DNA of 64,000 bases from an uncultured SAR86 cluster bacterium (GTDB lineage Bacteria > Pseudomonadota > Gammaproteobacteria > Magnimaribacterales > AG-339-G14). The notes under the pieces are model-generated. The model saw only the letters and a list, made by a program, of their open reading frames with translations. It was not told the DNA's origin and ran no database searches. Each line of letters begins with the position of its first letter. The stretch's first letter is position 1. Below are positions 1 through 8,322 of this stretch, one piece after another. Made by a program: the position numbers and the translations under genes. Where the stretch lies: assembly GCA_902514765.1 (NCBI GenBank), contig CABXSA010000002.1:17249-81248 (forward strand), given 5' to 3'.

Positions 1-467
1 AAATTGCGGCATTTTTCAATGATATTTTTCATTTGATCAGGAGATAAAAATTGCCCTTTTTTTATGTTCAACGGCTTTCCAGACTGGCAAGCTTCTTTAA
101 TAAGATCTGTTTGTCTGCATAAAAAAGCAGGTATTTGGATAATATCAACAACCTCTGATATTTGTTCGATTTGGCTTATTTCATGAATGTCAGTAATAAG
201 TTGATAGTCGCTTTTTTTTAATTCTCTAAAAATTTCTAAGCCTTTTTCAAGACCTGGTCCTCGATATGAATCTACAGATGAGCGATTGGCTTTATCAAAA
301 GAAGCTTTAAAAATGAATGAATTACCTTGAGCTTCAGTAATTTTTTTTAATCTTTCGGCAACCTTGAAAGTAAGCTGATCGTCTTCTAAAACATTTAAGC
401 CAGCAATGACGCAAAGTTTGTTGGAATTCGAAATCTCTGTTTTTGATATTTTTACTAAATCACTCAT
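1..467 (-). CDS. kdsA: 2-dehydro-3-deoxyphosphooctonate aldolase (KDO8P synthase), N-terminal part; gene runs off the window start
   Basis: Absent from the ORF track because no stop lies in the window. Hand translation of the minus strand from the ATG at 467 gives MSDLVKISKTEISNSNKLCVIAGLNVLEDDQLTFKVAERLKKITEAQGNSFIFKASFDKANRSS...IQIPAFLCRQTDL, a KdsA-type N-terminus. It starts 3 nt after the pyrG stop, and pyrG-kdsA adjacency is typical of gammaproteobacteria. Confidence 0.85.
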   Translation of the reverse strand, partial: MSDLVKISKTEISNSNKLCVIAGLNVLEDDQLTFKVAERLKKITEAQGNSFIFKASFDKANRSSVDSYRGPGLEKGLEIFRELKKSDYQLITDIHEISQIEQISEVVDIIQIPAFLCRQTDLIKEACQSGKPLNIKKGQFLSPDQMKNIIEKCRN

Positions 468-470
468 TTT

Positions 471-2105
471 TTACTTAGAGTTTAACTTAGCAGCTTTAAT
501 AAATCCTTTGAAAAGCGGATGCGCATTTATTGGATCAGATGTAAATTCAGGATGAAACTGACAGCCAATGAACCATTTGTGGTTCTTAATTTCAATTGCT
601 TCGACCAAGGTATCATCTTCAGATTTTCCAACTACAGTCATGCCATTTTTATTAAATGCTGACTCATAATTGCCATTAAATTCATATCTATGTCTGTGGC
701 GTTCAAAAATTTTGAGCTTTTTGTAAAGCTTTGCCATCTTGCTATTTTTCTTTAAATGGCATACCTGACTTCCTAAACGCATAGTACCGCCCTTATCAGA
801 ATCTTCCGATCGATACTGAATAAGTCCATCTTCATCAAGCCATTCGGTAATCAATCCTATTACTGGATGATGGGTGTTCTTCTTAAACTCTGTACTGTCA
901 GCATCCAATTTCAACACATTTCTTGCAAATTCTATGACCGCAACTTGCATCCCTAAGCATATCCCAAAATAAGGGATGTTATTTTCTCTAGCAAACTTTG
1001 CTACATTAAGCATTCCTTTGACGCCTCTATTTCCAAATCCTCCTGGAATTAAAACACCATCAGCTTCTAAATTTTCTACTCCCTTGTTGAATCTTTCAGA
1101 ATCTATGTGCTCAATTTTTACGTTTGTCTTATTGTGGATGCCCGCATGAATTAAAGCTTCATTTACTGATTTATATGAATCTACCAATTCGGTATATTTA
1201 CCTACCATCGCAATTTTAGTCTCTCCTTTTTGCTCCGATTCAAGTTTAGTAACCCTTTTCCAATCATTAAGTTTTGGCTTAGAACACTTTAATTTTAGTT
1301 TTTCTACTATTTGCTGGTCTAAGCCTTGTTTATTCATCATTACAGGGATTGCGTATATTGAGGGCACATCAGGTAATGTAAAAACACAATCTTCATTTAC
1401 GTTGGTAAACAAAGCAATTTTTCTACAATCTGCTTTTGAAAGATTTTGTTCAGATCGACAAATTAAAATATCTGCTTGGAGACCATGAGATAACAGACTT
1501 TTCACAGAATGTTGAGTTGGTTTTGTTTTAGTTTCTCCTGATGATGCCAAATAAGGAACGAAAGTTAAGTGTGTAAATAATGTCCTTTCAGATCCCAACT
1601 CAAGTTTCATTTGCCTTATTGCTTCTAAAAAAGGTTGTGACTCAATATCACCAACGGTTCCGCCTATTTCTATAATTGCAATGTCATTATCGCCTGCACC
1701 ATAGGCAATTCTTTTTTTAATCTCATCGGTGATATGAGGAATTACTTGCACGGTTGAGCCTAAAAATTCTCCCTTCCTTTCTCTTTTAAGAACATCCTCA
1801 TAAACTTGACCTGCAGTAAAATTATTTTTGTGCGACATTTTAGAGTTCAAATATCTTTCATAATGTCCAAGGTCGAGGTCGGTTTCAGAACCATCTTCTG
1901 TAACAAAAACCTCGCCATGTTGAAAAGGACTCATTGTGCCAGGATCAAGGTTAATGTATGGATCAAGCTTCATCACTGTAACTTTTAATCCTCTACTCTC
2001 TAAAAGAGAGCCAAGTGAAGCTGAAAGAATACCTTTACCGATAGAAGAGACGACTCCACCAGTTACAAATAAGAATTTAGGATTTTTTGAAGCCATCTTT
2101 TTCAT
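471..2105 (-). CDS. pyrG: CTP synthase
   Basis: 544 aa. N-terminal synthetase motif [14 protein letters not shown]-terminal glutamine amidotransferase region GICLGMQ ... HRHRYEFN. Confidence 0.97.
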   Translation of the reverse strand: MKKMASKNPKFLFVTGGVVSSIGKGILSASLGSLLESRGLKVTVMKLDPYINLDPGTMSPFQHGEVFVTEDGSETDLDLGHYERYLNSKMSHKNNFTAGQVYEDVLKRERKGEFLGSTVQVIPHITDEIKKRIAYGAGDNDIAIIEIGGTVGDIESQPFLEAIRQMKLELGSERTLFTHLTFVPYLASSGETKTKPTQHSVKSLLSHGLQADILICRSEQNLSKADCRKIALFTNVNEDCVFTLPDVPSIYAIPVMMNKQGLDQQIVEKLKLKCSKPKLNDWKRVTKLESEQKGETKIAMVGKYTELVDSYKSVNEALIHAGIHNKTNVKIEHIDSERFNKGVENLEADGVLIPGGFGNRGVKGMLNVAKFARENNIPYFGICLGMQVAVIEFARNVLKLDADSTEFKKNTHHPVIGLITEWLDEDGLIQYRSEDSDKGGTMRLGSQVCHLKKNSKMAKLYKKLKIFERHRHRYEFNGNYESAFNKNGMTVVGKSEDDTLVEAIEIKNHKWFIGCQFHPEFTSDPINAHPLFKGFIKAAKLNSK

Positions 2106-2168
2106 ACAAGATGGTTCATAAGTATATCAGAATAGTTTTGTGCTATTCAGAAAACTTAAAGAAAGTGA

Positions 2169-3281
2169 TTAGATGGAAATAATTTTTCCTTCTACTTCTT
2201 CTTCCGATTGATCTAAAGGCCTAGAAAGAGAGGCCCAATCGATTTCTCCGTCTGTTGGCCAGTCTTGATAATCTAAAACACCTAACTCGTCATATAGAGG
2301 TTTCACTTTATCAGTGAGAAGACCAATTTTTGATAGGTTAGGAACTACCCTTGTGAATAATAGGTGCTGAAAGTTATTTGTTACGTCTGATTTACTTTGA
2401 AAAGCAATAGCATCCTCTGCGTCCCATCCAAAATGTTCATATACTTCGGAAGACATTAATCTTCCTCTCATTACGACGCATGCTTCATATGCAAACTGTG
2501 CTCTTTCTTCTCTTTCTTCGTCAGATAAGGTTTTAACAAATTCCTCTAAATAATTAACCCCAAAAGTCACATGTCTCGCTTCATCTCTAATGATTAAATA
2601 GAGCATGTCTTTGAAAACAGGATCAAAAGTTCCCTGTCTCGCTAAATTAAAGGCTGCAAGTGCAAGGCCTTCTATAATTATTTGCATTCCGATGAATTTA
2701 AGATCCCATCTTGGGTCTGTTAAGATTTTATCCAATAAAGATTTAAGACCCGTACCGACAGGATACATAATTCCAACTCTTGACTGAATATATTTATTGA
2801 AAGCTTCTACATGTCTTGCTTCATCAAAAGTTTGAGATGCAGCATAGAGTTTTGCATTAAAAGTTGGAGCACATGAAACGAGCTGAGAAGCAACTAATAG
2901 TGCACCTTGCTCTCCATGCAGGAACTGACTAAGGGACCAAGCTCCTCTGTGGCTCATAAATCTAAATTTTTCTTCAGTTGAGAGCTTTTGATAAGGTTCA
3001 TAATCATCCCAAAATATGGGTGGCGGTGTATCGCCTCTTTCTGGCAAGGGTCTATCCCAGTCTATATCTTTTTCTGCATTCCAATTTAAATCTTTTCCTA
3101 ACTCGTAAAGTCTTTTTATTCTATTATCCTGAACCGTATAGTCCCAATTGTAAGATCCTGTTAGAGGAGTGCTAAATATCTCAGCTACGTCAGTAACTTC
3201 TTCTTTAGATAAATTGTATTCATTCTCTACAGGAAATTCTCTAATTTTCCTTGGGGTTTCTTCTAAAACTTTAATTTTCAT
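2169..3281 (-). CDS. Ferritin-like diiron-carboxylate protein (AurF/R2-like superfamily), function unknown
   Basis: 370 aa, no signal peptide. Two E...(D)EARH pairs (HGEQGALL + DEARHVEAF; IIEGLALAAF + RDEARHVTFG) match the four-helix-bundle diiron signature. Its start overlaps the alr stop by 4 nt. Family assignment below superfamily level is not possible by eye. Confidence 0.6.
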   Translation of the reverse strand: MKIKVLEETPRKIREFPVENEYNLSKEEVTDVAEIFSTPLTGSYNWDYTVQDNRIKRLYELGKDLNWNAEKDIDWDRPLPERGDTPPPIFWDDYEPYQKLSTEEKFRFMSHRGAWSLSQFLHGEQGALLVASQLVSCAPTFNAKLYAASQTFDEARHVEAFNKYIQSRVGIMYPVGTGLKSLLDKILTDPRWDLKFIGMQIIIEGLALAAFNLARQGTFDPVFKDMLYLIIRDEARHVTFGVNYLEEFVKTLSDEEREERAQFAYEACVVMRGRLMSSEVYEHFGWDAEDAIAFQSKSDVTNNFQHLLFTRVVPNLSKIGLLTDKVKPLYDELGVLDYQDWPTDGEIDWASLSRPLDQSEEEVEGKIISI

Positions 3282-4345
3282 ATTTTATATACCTTTTTTA
3301 CACGATTTGTTATTCCTGTCATTAAAGAATATGAACTATTATCTGCATATTTAGCTACTGTGTCTACTTCATGGCCCTTGCCCCATAAAATAACTTCATC
3401 CTTATAACTAATTTTACTTATATTGGATAAATCAATTGCAATCATATCCATTGAGACCTTTCCTATTACTGGTGCTAATTTTCCTTTAATCAATACTTTC
3501 CCACAATTGCTTAAGTTTATTGGATATCCATCACCATAACCTACTGGTAAAATGCCTATTTTAGTGCGCTTTTTAGCCTGCCAAGTTCCTTCATAACCAA
3601 CCTTTTCTCCTTTTTCAATTTCTTTTAAGGATATGAACTTTGATTTCAAAGTCATTACAGGTTCAAGCTTAATGTTTTTATCTTTAAAGTTTAATTTACT
3701 TCCAAATATGCTTATTCCAGGCCTGACAATGTCTTTCTGCGAAGCAGGATAATTAACCATACCGCCAGAATTGCACAAGCTTTTCTTTATAGAAATATTG
3801 TCTGATGAGCATTTTTTCTCTAATTCCTTAAATTTCTTTAGTTGTTTTGCATTGCCTTTAAAAGAATAAAAATGACTCATCAAGACAATTTGGTTAGTTT
3901 TTTTGGAAACTTCTTCAAAAATTATTGAAGAATCTTCAATTGAAAAACCAAGTCTATTCATTCCTGAGTCAAATTTTAGCCATACTGGATGGCTTTCTTT
4001 AAAGTTCTTAATTTGATTTAAAAAATTAATCTGTCTGCTCGAGTGAATAACAAACTCTATATTATTTTTGAGAAGAGCCTTCATATCGGTTAAATCGTAA
4101 GGCCCTTCCAAATCTAAAATAGGTTTTTTTGATTTTGAACGAAGATTTATGGCCTCTTCAGAAGTTGCAACACAAAATCCATCAACTTTACTTTGGATAT
4201 GATTAGTTATTTTATCGATGCCATGTCCATATGCATTAGCTTTAACGACTGGAAAAAATTTAGCAGAGTTTACAGAGCTCTTGAGACTTTTAAGATTAAA
4301 ATCCAAAGCCTTTAGATCGATCTCTACAATTGTTGGGCGATTCAA
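3278..4345 (-). CDS. alr: Alanine racemase
   Basis: 355 aa. PLP-lysine motif VVKANAYGHG and C-terminal VGYGDGYP. Lies 1 nt downstream of dnaB, and dnaB-alr adjacency is seen in E. coli. Confidence 0.93.
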   Translation of the reverse strand: MNRPTIVEIDLKALDFNLKSLKSSVNSAKFFPVVKANAYGHGIDKITNHIQSKVDGFCVATSEEAINLRSKSKKPILDLEGPYDLTDMKALLKNNIEFVIHSSRQINFLNQIKNFKESHPVWLKFDSGMNRLGFSIEDSSIIFEEVSKKTNQIVLMSHFYSFKGNAKQLKKFKELEKKCSSDNISIKKSLCNSGGMVNYPASQKDIVRPGISIFGSKLNFKDKNIKLEPVMTLKSKFISLKEIEKGEKVGYEGTWQAKKRTKIGILPVGYGDGYPINLSNCGKVLIKGKLAPVIGKVSMDMIAIDLSNISKISYKDEVILWGKGHEVDTVAKYADNSSYSLMTGITNRVKKVYKI

Positions 4346-4346
4346 T

Positions 4347-5726
4347 TCAATCTTCTTCTAAAAAATCTGGATTTCTTAAAGCTGGATCATCTGAGGCAAG
4401 ATCTTGGAACTTTGTGTATTTATCCGAAAAATGTAATTTCACTGAACCTGTGGGCCCATTCCTGTGTTTAGCTACATCAATTATTGCAAGCCCTTTATTT
4501 TCAAGATCTTGTTCGTATTTTTCTGCACGAAAAACAAAAGTAACAATATCAGCATCTTGCTCAATCGCTCCAGAATCTTTTAGGTCTGCAAGAACAGGTC
4601 TTTTTCCTGTCCTGGTTTCAGGCGCTCTATTCAATTGCGATAAAGCAATTACTGGAACATCAATTTCTTTTGCGAGAGCTTTTAGAGATCTTGAAATTTC
4701 GCTCATTTCTGAAACACGATTATCATTTTTAGTATCAGCTTTCATCAACTGCATGTAATCGATAATAATCAGACCCAAATCGGGATTTTCCCTTTTAAGC
4801 TTTCTTGATCTAGAGAGAATTTCTGATGGAGACAATGAAGATGTATCGTCAATAAAAAATTTAGATCTACTTAGTAAAGAAAGAGAGTTCTCAATCTCAT
4901 TGAAATCATTATCAGAAAGATTTTTTGCTTCGAATAGTTTTTTTAATTCTATTTTCCCAAGCAGGGATATCAGCCTATACATAATAGATCTTGCTGACAT
5001 TTCTAAACTAAAAAGCACTGATGGTATGCCATCGTTTACCAATTGTCCTGCAATGCTAAGAGCAAAAGCAGTCTTTCCCATACTAGGTCGACCTGCAATG
5101 ATGAATAAATCTCCTTGTTGCAAGCCCATTGTGAGCTTATCTAATTCTCTAAAGCCTGTGCTTATTCCTACCAAATCTCCATCAGATCTTATGGTCTCAT
5201 CTATCTTATCGTAAACCGGCTTTATCAAATCTTTAGCTAGCATTGGACCAGTACTTCTTTGAATTGAGTCTCTGAGTTTTATTAATTTATCTTCAGCCTC
5301 ACTTAAAGCGCTTTCGCTTTCAAAAGTGTCTGCTTCCTTTGCCAAAGAAGAAATATCAGCTGCAGTTGATATTAATTTCCTTAGCGAAGAAGACTGTTTA
5401 ATAATGTTTGTGTAATTAACAAAGTTAGCTGTACCTGGTGTTTCAGATACCAAATTTTTAACATAATTCACTCTATCAAAATTAGAAAGAGATGAAAGAT
5501 CGCTATCTTTTGAAAGAGATTCAATCAAAGTAACAGTATCTATCTCAGAACCAAGATCAATCAGTTTTTTAATTCCTCGATAAATTAACTTATGTTCGTT
5601 GGCAATAAAATCATTTTCATCAACTTCTACAGATAATGAATCCCAGAGCGTTGGTTCTAAAATAATGCTTCCAAGAACAGCTTTTTCAGCCTCAATAGAT
5701 GATGGTAAGTCGTTTTCTTTTCTCAT
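4347..5726 (-). CDS. dnaB: Replicative DNA helicase DnaB
   Basis: 459 aa. DnaB N-terminal domain (LPSSIEAEKAVLGSIIL), Walker A GRPSMGKTAF and Walker B-like IIIDYMQLM. Confidence 0.96.
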   Translation of the reverse strand: MRKENDLPSSIEAEKAVLGSIILEPTLWDSLSVEVDENDFIANEHKLIYRGIKKLIDLGSEIDTVTLIESLSKDSDLSSLSNFDRVNYVKNLVSETPGTANFVNYTNIIKQSSSLRKLISTAADISSLAKEADTFESESALSEAEDKLIKLRDSIQRSTGPMLAKDLIKPVYDKIDETIRSDGDLVGISTGFRELDKLTMGLQQGDLFIIAGRPSMGKTAFALSIAGQLVNDGIPSVLFSLEMSARSIMYRLISLLGKIELKKLFEAKNLSDNDFNEIENSLSLLSRSKFFIDDTSSLSPSEILSRSRKLKRENPDLGLIIIDYMQLMKADTKNDNRVSEMSEISRSLKALAKEIDVPVIALSQLNRAPETRTGKRPVLADLKDSGAIEQDADIVTFVFRAEKYEQDLENKGLAIIDVAKHRNGPTGSVKLHFSDKYTKFQDLASDDPALRNPDFLEED

Positions 5727-5774
5727 AGCAGGGGTGATATTCTCCCACTACTAAAGAATGAAGACAATTAGATT

Positions 5775-6227
5775 TTAAGATTCTTCAGGTTTAAGTTCGA
5801 GATTAATTTTAGCTACAACTTCAGGATGCAATTCGATATCAATAATATAATTTCCAAGTTCTTTAAGCGAACCCTCTGGGAGTCTGACTGCGCTTCTTTC
5901 AATTTGGAAATCATTTTCCTCTAAAAGCTCTGAAATTTCTTTTGTACCAACTGAGCCATACATTGTGCCTTCCTCAGAAATTGCTACATTCTGGGAGATG
6001 GAAAATTCATTTATTTTTTCAAAAATTTCTTTTGCACTTTCTAACCTTTTTTCTTCTTGAAGTTTGAATTCCTCTTGTTTAGCTTCATAAACCTTCATAT
6101 TTTCTTCATTGGCAATAATAGCTTTGCCTGATGGCAAAAGATAATTTCTACCATAACCTGATTTAACTTGAACCAAGTCTCCAGGGTTTCCTAATCCAGT
6201 GATGCTTTCTTGTAAAATTAACTTCAT
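5775..6227 (-). CDS. rplI: 50S ribosomal protein L9
   Basis: 150 aa. MKLILQE...VKSGYGRNYLLP is the L9 N-domain signature. It is the last gene of the rpsF-rpsR-rplI operon. Confidence 0.95.
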   Translation of the reverse strand: MKLILQESITGLGNPGDLVQVKSGYGRNYLLPSGKAIIANEENMKVYEAKQEEFKLQEEKRLESAKEIFEKINEFSISQNVAISEEGTMYGSVGTKEISELLEENDFQIERSAVRLPEGSLKELGNYIIDIELHPEVVAKINLELKPEES

Positions 6228-6231
6228 GCTT

Positions 6232-6495
6232 TTAATGACTATCTGTAAAAGGTAATAATGCTAAAAGCCTTGCTCTTTTGATAGCTCTGGTAAGTTGACG
6301 TTGATACTTTGCACTTGTACCGGTCATACGTGCTGGAATAATCTTTCCTGTTTCTGTGATGAATTTTTTTAAGAGCTCAACATCTTTATAATCAATTTCA
6401 TCAACGCCTGCTGCGGTGAATTGACAAGCTCTTTTGGGCTTTAGATAGTTATCCTGATTTTGATTTCTTCTTTTGTTATCTTTTTGTCTTCTCAT
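6232..6495 (-). CDS. rpsR: 30S ribosomal protein S18
   Basis: 87 aa. The core [49 protein letters not shown] aligns with E. coli S18. It has about 12 extra K/R/N/Q-rich residues at the N-terminus. Confidence 0.95.
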   Translation of the reverse strand: MRRQKDNKRRNQNQDNYLKPKRACQFTAAGVDEIDYKDVELLKKFITETGKIIPARMTGTSAKYQRQLTRAIKRARLLALLPFTDSH

Positions 6496-6501
6496 AATTT
6501 T

Positions 6502-7332
6502 TTACTTTTTATTATCTGACTTAAAAACATTCTTAACTTTCGCAAAAACCCCTTTTGCTTTTTCTTTTGCCTCTTCAACTACTTCTTCTACTGCTTCTTC
6601 TACTTTTTCAGCAGCTTCTTTGACTTCTTCGATGGTGTCTTCAACTATTTCTTCTGCTTTTTCAGCAACTTCTTTGACTTCTTCTATGGCCTCTTCAACT
6701 ACTTCTTCTACTGCTTCTTCTACTTTTTCAGCAGCTTCTTTGACTTCTTCGATGGCGTCTTCAACTACTTCTTCTACTTTTTCAACAACATCCTCAACGG
6801 CTTCCTCAGCAGCTTCAACAATCTCTTCAGCTTTCTCAACCACTTCTTCAACTACTTCTTCAACTGCTTCTTCTTCTTTTTCAGCAACTTCTTTGACTTC
6901 TTCTATGGCGTCTTCAACTACTTCTTCTGCTTTTGATAAAACTTCTTTTGCTTCATTTGTAACTTTTTTAACAAGTTTGTTATCTTGCGTATCTTTTTCG
7001 TAAGCGGAGTCTTTGGTTTGTTCTTTTAATGCTGACTTAACAGTTTCAGCTTGTTTTTTCTTTAAAACAGATGTTCTTAAAATGTTTTCATTAAATTTAA
7101 AAAGGTCGGTTATTGATGCTAGCTCAGAGGAATTACACTCTAAGTTGATTAAAAAGTACTCGCCTCGATAATAATCTTTTATTGGGTATGCCAATCTTCT
7201 TGAGCCAATTTCCTCAGATCTATGAATCTGACCTTTGATGGATTTGGTTGTCTCTAATATTTTATCGAATAGAGATTTACCCAACTCTTTTTCATCGGGG
7301 TTAAAAATATAAATTATTTCGTAATGATTCAA
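6502..7332 (-). CDS. rpsF: 30S ribosomal protein S6 with a ~180-aa C-terminal acidic repeat extension
   Basis: 276 aa. Residues 1 to ~95 align with S6 (MNHYEIIYIF vs E. coli MRHYEIVFMV). The apparent start codon is TTG at 7332, with AAGGAGG (7337-7343, minus strand) 4 nt upstream. The rest of the protein is E/V/A/K repeats ending in KEKAKGVFAKVKNVFKSDNKK. Confidence 0.9.
   Translation of the reverse strand: MNHYEIIYIFNPDEKELGKSLFDKILETTKSIKGQIHRSEEIGSRRLAYPIKDYYRGEYFLINLECNSSELASITDLFKFNENILRTSVLKKKQAETVKSALKEQTKDSAYEKDTQDNKLVKKVTNEAKEVLSKAEEVVEDAIEEVKEVAEKEEEAVEEVVEEVVEKAEEIVEAAEEAVEDVVEKVEEVVEDAIEEVKEAAEKVEEAVEEVVEEAIEEVKEVAEKAEEIVEDTIEEVKEAAEKVEEAVEEVVEEAKEKAKGVFAKVKNVFKSDNKK
6560..6940 (-). 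repeat. In-frame tandem repeats (about 60 bp sub-unit, 120 bp super-unit) encoding the acidic S6 tail
   Basis: 6571-6660 and 6691-6780 differ at only 3 of 90 positions. Further diverged copies occur at about 6661-6690, 6781-6870 and 6871-6935. The encoded unit is approximately AIEEVKE[AV]AEK[AV]EE[AI]VE[DE]. Confidence 0.85.
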
Positions 7333-7350
7333 TTTGCCTCCTTATGGGAA

Positions 7351-7373
7351 TGAATCTTTAGTATCAAGATTCA
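7351..7373 (-). promoter_or_regulatory. 8-bp stem-loop in the rpsF 5' leader / ddl 3' region
   Basis: tgaatctt (7351-7358) pairs with aagattca (7366-7373) around a 7-nt loop, directly upstream of the rpsF Shine-Dalgarno sequence. It could be an S6:S18 autoregulatory leader element or the terminator at the end of the dcw operon. No U-tract follows. Confidence 0.3.
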
Positions 7374-7404
7374 AGAAAACATGCGAAGTCTAAGTTAAAA
7401 AAAC

Positions 7405-8322
7405 TCAATTATCAATAGAATCTATTATTATTTTTTTTATGAGTTCAAAGAAATTTAAACCTTCTTTTTCTGCTGATTTAGGCACTAAACTGGTCTCAGT
7501 CATTCCTGGAACGGTATTCACCTCAATGAAGTAAAATTTATCTTCATATTCAATTAAATCTACTCTCCCCCATTTGTCACACCCTAAAAGGTTAAAAGCA
7601 TTCTTTGAAAGCTTTTTAAGCTTAGCTAGTTTGTCTTCTGCAAAAACAGGAAAGCTATAAGATGTATCAGTTCTATTGTATTTTGCCTCAAAATTATAAA
7701 ACTCTTCTTGAGCTTCAATTTCTATTGGATCACAGATTAAATCTCCTAAAACTGAAATAGTAAGTTCTCTTCCAGGAATAAATTCTTCAATGATTGGAGT
7801 GCCTTCATACTTTTTTGCATGTTTAATGGCCTTTGAAAAATTTTCTGAATTATTTTTTATTATAGATACTCCAAGACTTGAACCTTCCTTGCTAGGTTTT
7901 ATAACCAACTTTGAAGCTTTTTTTAAAAAGTCAGGAAGATCAGACCAGTCAAAAATGTCCGACTCATATTGAGGAGTATTTATTTTGTTTGCACGCCAAA
8001 TTTGTTTGGTCAGAACTTTATCATATGAATTTTTCAAACCTAAAATGTCACTTCCTGAAAACTTAATATTCAGTGACGATAAAAACTCTTGAACTTCTCC
8101 GTCTTCTCCACCTTTTCCATGAATCATTACAAGAGCAAAATCAATACCGTCATACATTTTTCTGTCATGCATTTCTTTTTTATTTTTGATATCAATGAGT
8201 CTTGAATTTATGTTTTTCTCAATCAAGGTTTGATGAATTGACTGAGCTCCTTTCAAAGAAATTTCTCTTTCATTTGAAAAGCCTCCACAGACAATACCAA
8301 TACTTAAATTTTCTATCTTCAT
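7405..8322 (-). CDS. ddl: D-alanine--D-alanine ligase
   Basis: 305 aa ATP-grasp protein. N-terminal GGFSNEREISL and C-terminal EVNTVPGMTETSLVPKSA. Its start overlaps the murC stop by 1 nt. Confidence 0.93.
   Translation of the reverse strand: MKIENLSIGIVCGGFSNEREISLKGAQSIHQTLIEKNINSRLIDIKNKKEMHDRKMYDGIDFALVMIHGKGGEDGEVQEFLSSLNIKFSGSDILGLKNSYDKVLTKQIWRANKINTPQYESDIFDWSDLPDFLKKASKLVIKPSKEGSSLGVSIIKNNSENFSKAIKHAKKYEGTPIIEEFIPGRELTISVLGDLICDPIEIEAQEEFYNFEAKYNRTDTSYSFPVFAEDKLAKLKKLSKNAFNLLGCDKWGRVDLIEYEDKFYFIEVNTVPGMTETSLVPKSAEKEGLNFFELIKKIIIDSIDN

Noticed and set aside
2130-2148. A 6-bp inverted repeat (gaatag…ctattc) between the diiron gene and pyrG, considered as a possible terminator.
   Set aside because: The stem is short and AT-rich with no following U-tract. 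It cannot be told apart from chance in 30% GC DNA.
4330-4758. 142-aa plus-strand ORF. Similar long antisense ORFs occur at 14592-14927, 24134-24301 (the extension of the LpoA-like ORF), 48841-49203 and 62371-62835.
   Set aside because: All lie fully inside, and antisense to, confidently identified conserved genes (dnaB, murF, rsmI, ispE/tRNA-Gln/prs, glmM). They have low-complexity or hydrophobic composition typical of shadow ORFs in AT-rich DNA.
6560-6940. Whether the tandem repeat could be a CRISPR array or satellite.
   Set aside because: The repeats are contiguous with no unique spacers. They are in frame within rpsF and encode a coherent peptide repeat. No cas genes are present anywhere in the window.
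6473-7003. 176-aa plus-strand ORF rich in Ser/Thr repeats (SSTTSSTASSTFSAASLTSSM…).
   Set aside because: It is the antisense reading of the GAA/GAG-rich rpsF repeat. It has no independent start context, and the opposite strand encodes a clear S6 N-domain in frame with the repeat. It is a compositional artefact.
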